From positions 133,756 to 197,755 of the forward strand of contig CAWJJM010000011.1 of NCBI GenBank assembly GCA_963843275.1: a stretch of DNA of 64,000 nt. The letters run 5' to 3'. Position 1 is the first letter of the stretch, and the number at the start of each line of letters is the position of its first letter. Made by a program: the position numbers and the translations under genes. The notes below the pieces were generated by a model that saw nothing but the letters and a program-made list of their open reading frames with translations, did no database searches and was not told the DNA's origin. Source of the DNA: an uncultured Acidobacteriota bacterium (GTDB lineage Bacteria; Acidobacteriota; Thermoanaerobaculia; Multivoradales; JBCCEF01). Below, piece by piece: positions 57,256 to 64,000 of the stretch.

Positions 57256-59523
57256 TCAGCCGCCCGCGGGAGGGTCCCGCCGTTCCAGGAGCAGGGCGCC
57301 GGCCGCGTCCACCCGGACGTCCCAGCCGGGCGGCACCACCACGGCGCCGTGGGCCTCGAAGACGAGCGCCGGACCGCCGCAGCGGGCGCCCGGCGCAAGG
57401 CGCGAGCGGTCGTGGACCGGCACCCGCCGCCAGCCGCCGCCGAACCAGGCGCGGCGGTGGGCGGCCGGCGGCGGCGCCGTGCTCTCCTCGACCGGCTCCG
57501 GGGCCGGCTCGGGTGCCGCGCGCGACGAGGCCACCACCCGCAACGACTCGACCTCGATCCCCCGGTCGGCCGGCACGTAGCCGTAGCGCTCCCGGTGGGC
57601 GCGGGTGAAGAGCTCGCCGAGCCCGGCGCCGGCGACCGGCTCGACCTCCAGCGTCGACTCCTGCCCGGAGAAGCGCAGGTGCACGAGGCGCCGCCGCACC
57701 GCGACCTCCTCCCGCGCGATCCCCTCGGCGGCCACCGCCGTGGCGGCCTCCTCCCCGAGGTCCGCGAGCCAGGCGGCGAGCCGGTCCTCCACCGCCGCCA
57801 GCGGCGCCAGCACCTGGCGCTGCGCGAAGCGCTCGACCACCGCCGCCCCCAGCCCCCGCGCCGAGAGCAGCCCGGCGTCGCGGGGCACGAGCACGGCGGG
57901 GACGCCGAGCAGCGCGGCCACGGCGCAGGCGTGCTGTCCCCCGGCGCCGCCGAAGGCGACCAGCGTGTGCTCCGCCGGGTCGTAGCCGCGGCGTACCGAC
58001 AGCGTGCGGATGGCGTCCGCCATGCGCTCGTCGGCGATCGCCGCGAAACCCTCGAGCAGGGCCTCGCGGCCGGGGGGCGGGTCGCCGCGGCGGGAGGCGG
58101 CCGCGGCGACCCGCCGCGCCACGGCCTCGAACGCCGCCGCCGCCGCCGCCGGCTCGACCGGGATCCCGAAGCGCTCGGGATCGAGCCTGCCGAGCAGCAG
58201 GTTGACGTCGGTGAGCGCCAGCGGTCCGCCCGCGCCGTAGCAGGCCGGCCCGGGGCGGGCACCGGCGCTCTCGGGTCCGACGGTGAGGGCGGCGCCGTCG
58301 AAGCCGCACACCGAGCCGCCGCCCGCCGCCACCGTCTCGATGGCCAGGGCGGGAGCCACCAGGTGGGCGTCCCCCACCCGGTGCTCGAAGAGGTACTCGA
58401 AGTCGCCGTCCCAGCGCGCCACGTCGGTCGAGGTGCCGCCCATGTCGAACGACAGCAGCCGCCGGTGACCGGAGCGGACGGCGGCCCGCGCCGCCCCCGC
58501 CACGCCGCCGGCCGGGCCGGAGAGCAGGGCGTCGGTGGCGCGCAGGTCGGGCCGCCGCACCAGGCCGCCGGCGCTGGTCATCACGTGCAGGGTGCCGCGC
58601 GCCTCGGGGAGGGCGGAGCCCACGGCGTCGAGGTAGCTGTCGAGGACCGGCGCCAGGTAGGCCTCGACCACCGCCGTCTCGGCGCGCGGCACGTAGCGCG
58701 CCAGCGGCGCCAGCTCGGCCGAGGCGACCACGCGGGTCAGCCCGCCGCGGCGCAGCGCCGCCGCCACCGCCCGCTCGGGCGCCGGGTTGCGGTAGCTGTG
58801 CAGCAGCGCCACCGCCACCGCCTCGATCCCCTCGTCGCGCAGCTCCCGGGCCACCGCGCCGAGGCCGTCGAGCGCCGGCGCCCGCAGGGTCGAGCCGTCG
58901 GCGGCGAGTCGTTCGTCCACCTCGACGACGCGGCGGTGCAGCGGGCGCGGCTTGACCACCTCGAGGGCGAACAGGTCCGGCCGCTGCTGGTCGCGGATCT
59001 CGAGCAGGTCGGCGAACCCGCGGGTGACGACCAGGGCGGTGGCGGCACCGCGGCGCTCGAGCAGGGCATTGGTGCCGCGGGTGGTGGCCAGCCGCAGCGC
59101 CATGGGCGGCAACGGCTCGCCGGCGGCGGTGCGGGTGACCAGCCGCGCCGCCAGCACCGGCGCCTCCTCGGCGAAGCGCAGCTCGACCCGGTCGCCGCGG
59201 CGCAGCGCCGCCGGCGGCGCGCCCTGCAGCGTGAAGGCGCCGCGGCCGGCGTCGTAGCCGGCGACGCCGCTCCCCGCGTCCGCCGGCGCGCCCAGCCGGT
59301 GCAGCGCCGCGCCGGCGAAGAACCCGGGGGGCACCGTCCAGCGCGGCTCCACCTCGACGCGGTCTCCCGCCGCCACCCGCACCACCCCGCGCAGGGCGCT
59401 CGACGACAGCACCTTGGCGCGGTGCACGACGCCGTCCGGGGCCACCGCCAGACAGTCGGTGAAGGTGCCCCCGGTGTCGATCCACACCCGCCAGCGCGGG
59501 CCGCTGGTACCGTCGCCGCTCAC
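57256..59523 (-). CDS. hyuA: Hydantoinase A / oxoprolinase family protein
   Basis: GTG start with GGGAGGGAG SD. ...RVWIDTGGTFTDC..., ...ATTRGTNALLERRG..., ...SFDMGGTSTDV..., ...AFGGAGGQHAC... Confidence 0.9.
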   Translation of the reverse strand: MSGDGTSGPRWRVWIDTGGTFTDCLAVAPDGVVHRAKVLSSSALRGVVRVAAGDRVEVEPRWTVPPGFFAGAALHRLGAPADAGSGVAGYDAGRGAFTLQGAPPAALRRGDRVELRFAEEAPVLAARLVTRTAAGEPLPPMALRLATTRGTNALLERRGAATALVVTRGFADLLEIRDQQRPDLFALEVVKPRPLHRRVVEVDERLAADGSTLRAPALDGLGAVARELRDEGIEAVAVALLHSYRNPAPERAVAAALRRGGLTRVVASAELAPLARYVPRAETAVVEAYLAPVLDSYLDAVGSALPEARGTLHVMTSAGGLVRRPDLRATDALLSGPAGGVAGAARAAVRSGHRRLLSFDMGGTSTDVARWDGDFEYLFEHRVGDAHLVAPALAIETVAAGGGSVCGFDGAALTVGPESAGARPGPACYGAGGPLALTDVNLLLGRLDPERFGIPVEPAAAAAAFEAVARRVAAAASRRGDPPPGREALLEGFAAIADERMADAIRTLSVRRGYDPAEHTLVAFGGAGGQHACAVAALLGVPAVLVPRDAGLLSARGLGAAVVERFAQRQVLAPLAAVEDRLAAWLADLGEEAATAVAAEGIAREEVAVRRRLVHLRFSGQESTLEVEPVAGAGLGELFTRAHRERYGYVPADRGIEVESLRVVASSRAAPEPAPEPVEESTAPPPAAHRRAWFGGGWRRVPVHDRSRLAPGARCGGPALVFEAHGAVVVPPGWDVRVDAAGALLLERRDPPAGG

Positions 59524-59656
59524 TCGCTCTCCCTCCCGGCGGGGGCCGGGACCGGGGGGAATCTACCGCAGCGCGGCGCCGTGCCCGGAGCGGTGGCGCA
59601 GCTCGCTCCGGAGGCGGAATCCGGCGGGTGGCGGCGACGTTGTCGTCTAGCGCCCC

Positions 59657-64000
<4,344 letters not shown>

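Overview
Densely coding, very GC-rich bacterial chromosomal segment (roughly 70-75% G+C by eye, not computed). I call 46 protein genes, two of them cut by the window edges. I recognise no rRNA, tRNA, CRISPR array, transposase or integrase. The GC bias fills the six-frame track with long Arg/Ala/Gly/Pro-rich antisense ORFs. I picked real genes by family motifs, signal peptides, Shine-Dalgarno or leaderless-type -10 elements, and 4-nt start/stop overlaps (GTGA/ATGA/TTGA). Many track ORFs were trimmed to internal starts. Content: a MoxR-DUF58-transglutaminase operon, recA, an M29 aminopeptidase, glutamine-dependent NAD synthetase, a RES/Xre toxin-antitoxin pair, a tricorn-like protease, a 1000-aa six-haem cytochrome c, S9/M28/M14 peptidases, ilvA, purEK, a metal ABC importer, fabH, folE, moaB, a PD-(D/E)XK-XPD/DinG fusion helicase, Lhr (partial), and hydantoinase/oxoprolinase subunits hyuA and hyuB. 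The gene set (GWxTD, DUF2911, tricorn, many secreted peptidases) weakly suggests an Acidobacteriota/Gemmatimonadota-like organism. The best candidate for an undescribed system is a block of about 10.7 kb (46.5-57.3 kb) between hyuB and hyuA. It encodes an ECF sigma/anti-sigma pair, a lipoprotein with PDZ-TPR-CHAT (caspase-like) architecture, two right-handed beta-helix proteins, a small secreted protein and a 4-TM membrane protein. The three secreted proteins share an IPTL-CTERM-like C-terminal sorting signal ([IV]-P-[AT]-x-G, hydrophobic helix, RRR), and no exosortase or sortase is nearby. By inference only, I propose that the CHAT lipoprotein either processes these C-terminal signals or acts as a DegS-like site-1 protease for the adjacent anti-sigma factor. 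Other notable points: an NRAMP-fold transporter lacking all canonical metal-binding residues and translationally coupled to hyuB; paired near-palindromic boxes around the recA promoter; recurrent TAnnAT -10 elements 6-9 nt from start codons, suggesting leaderless mRNAs; and an AT-rich tandem repeat upstream of the cytochrome gene.
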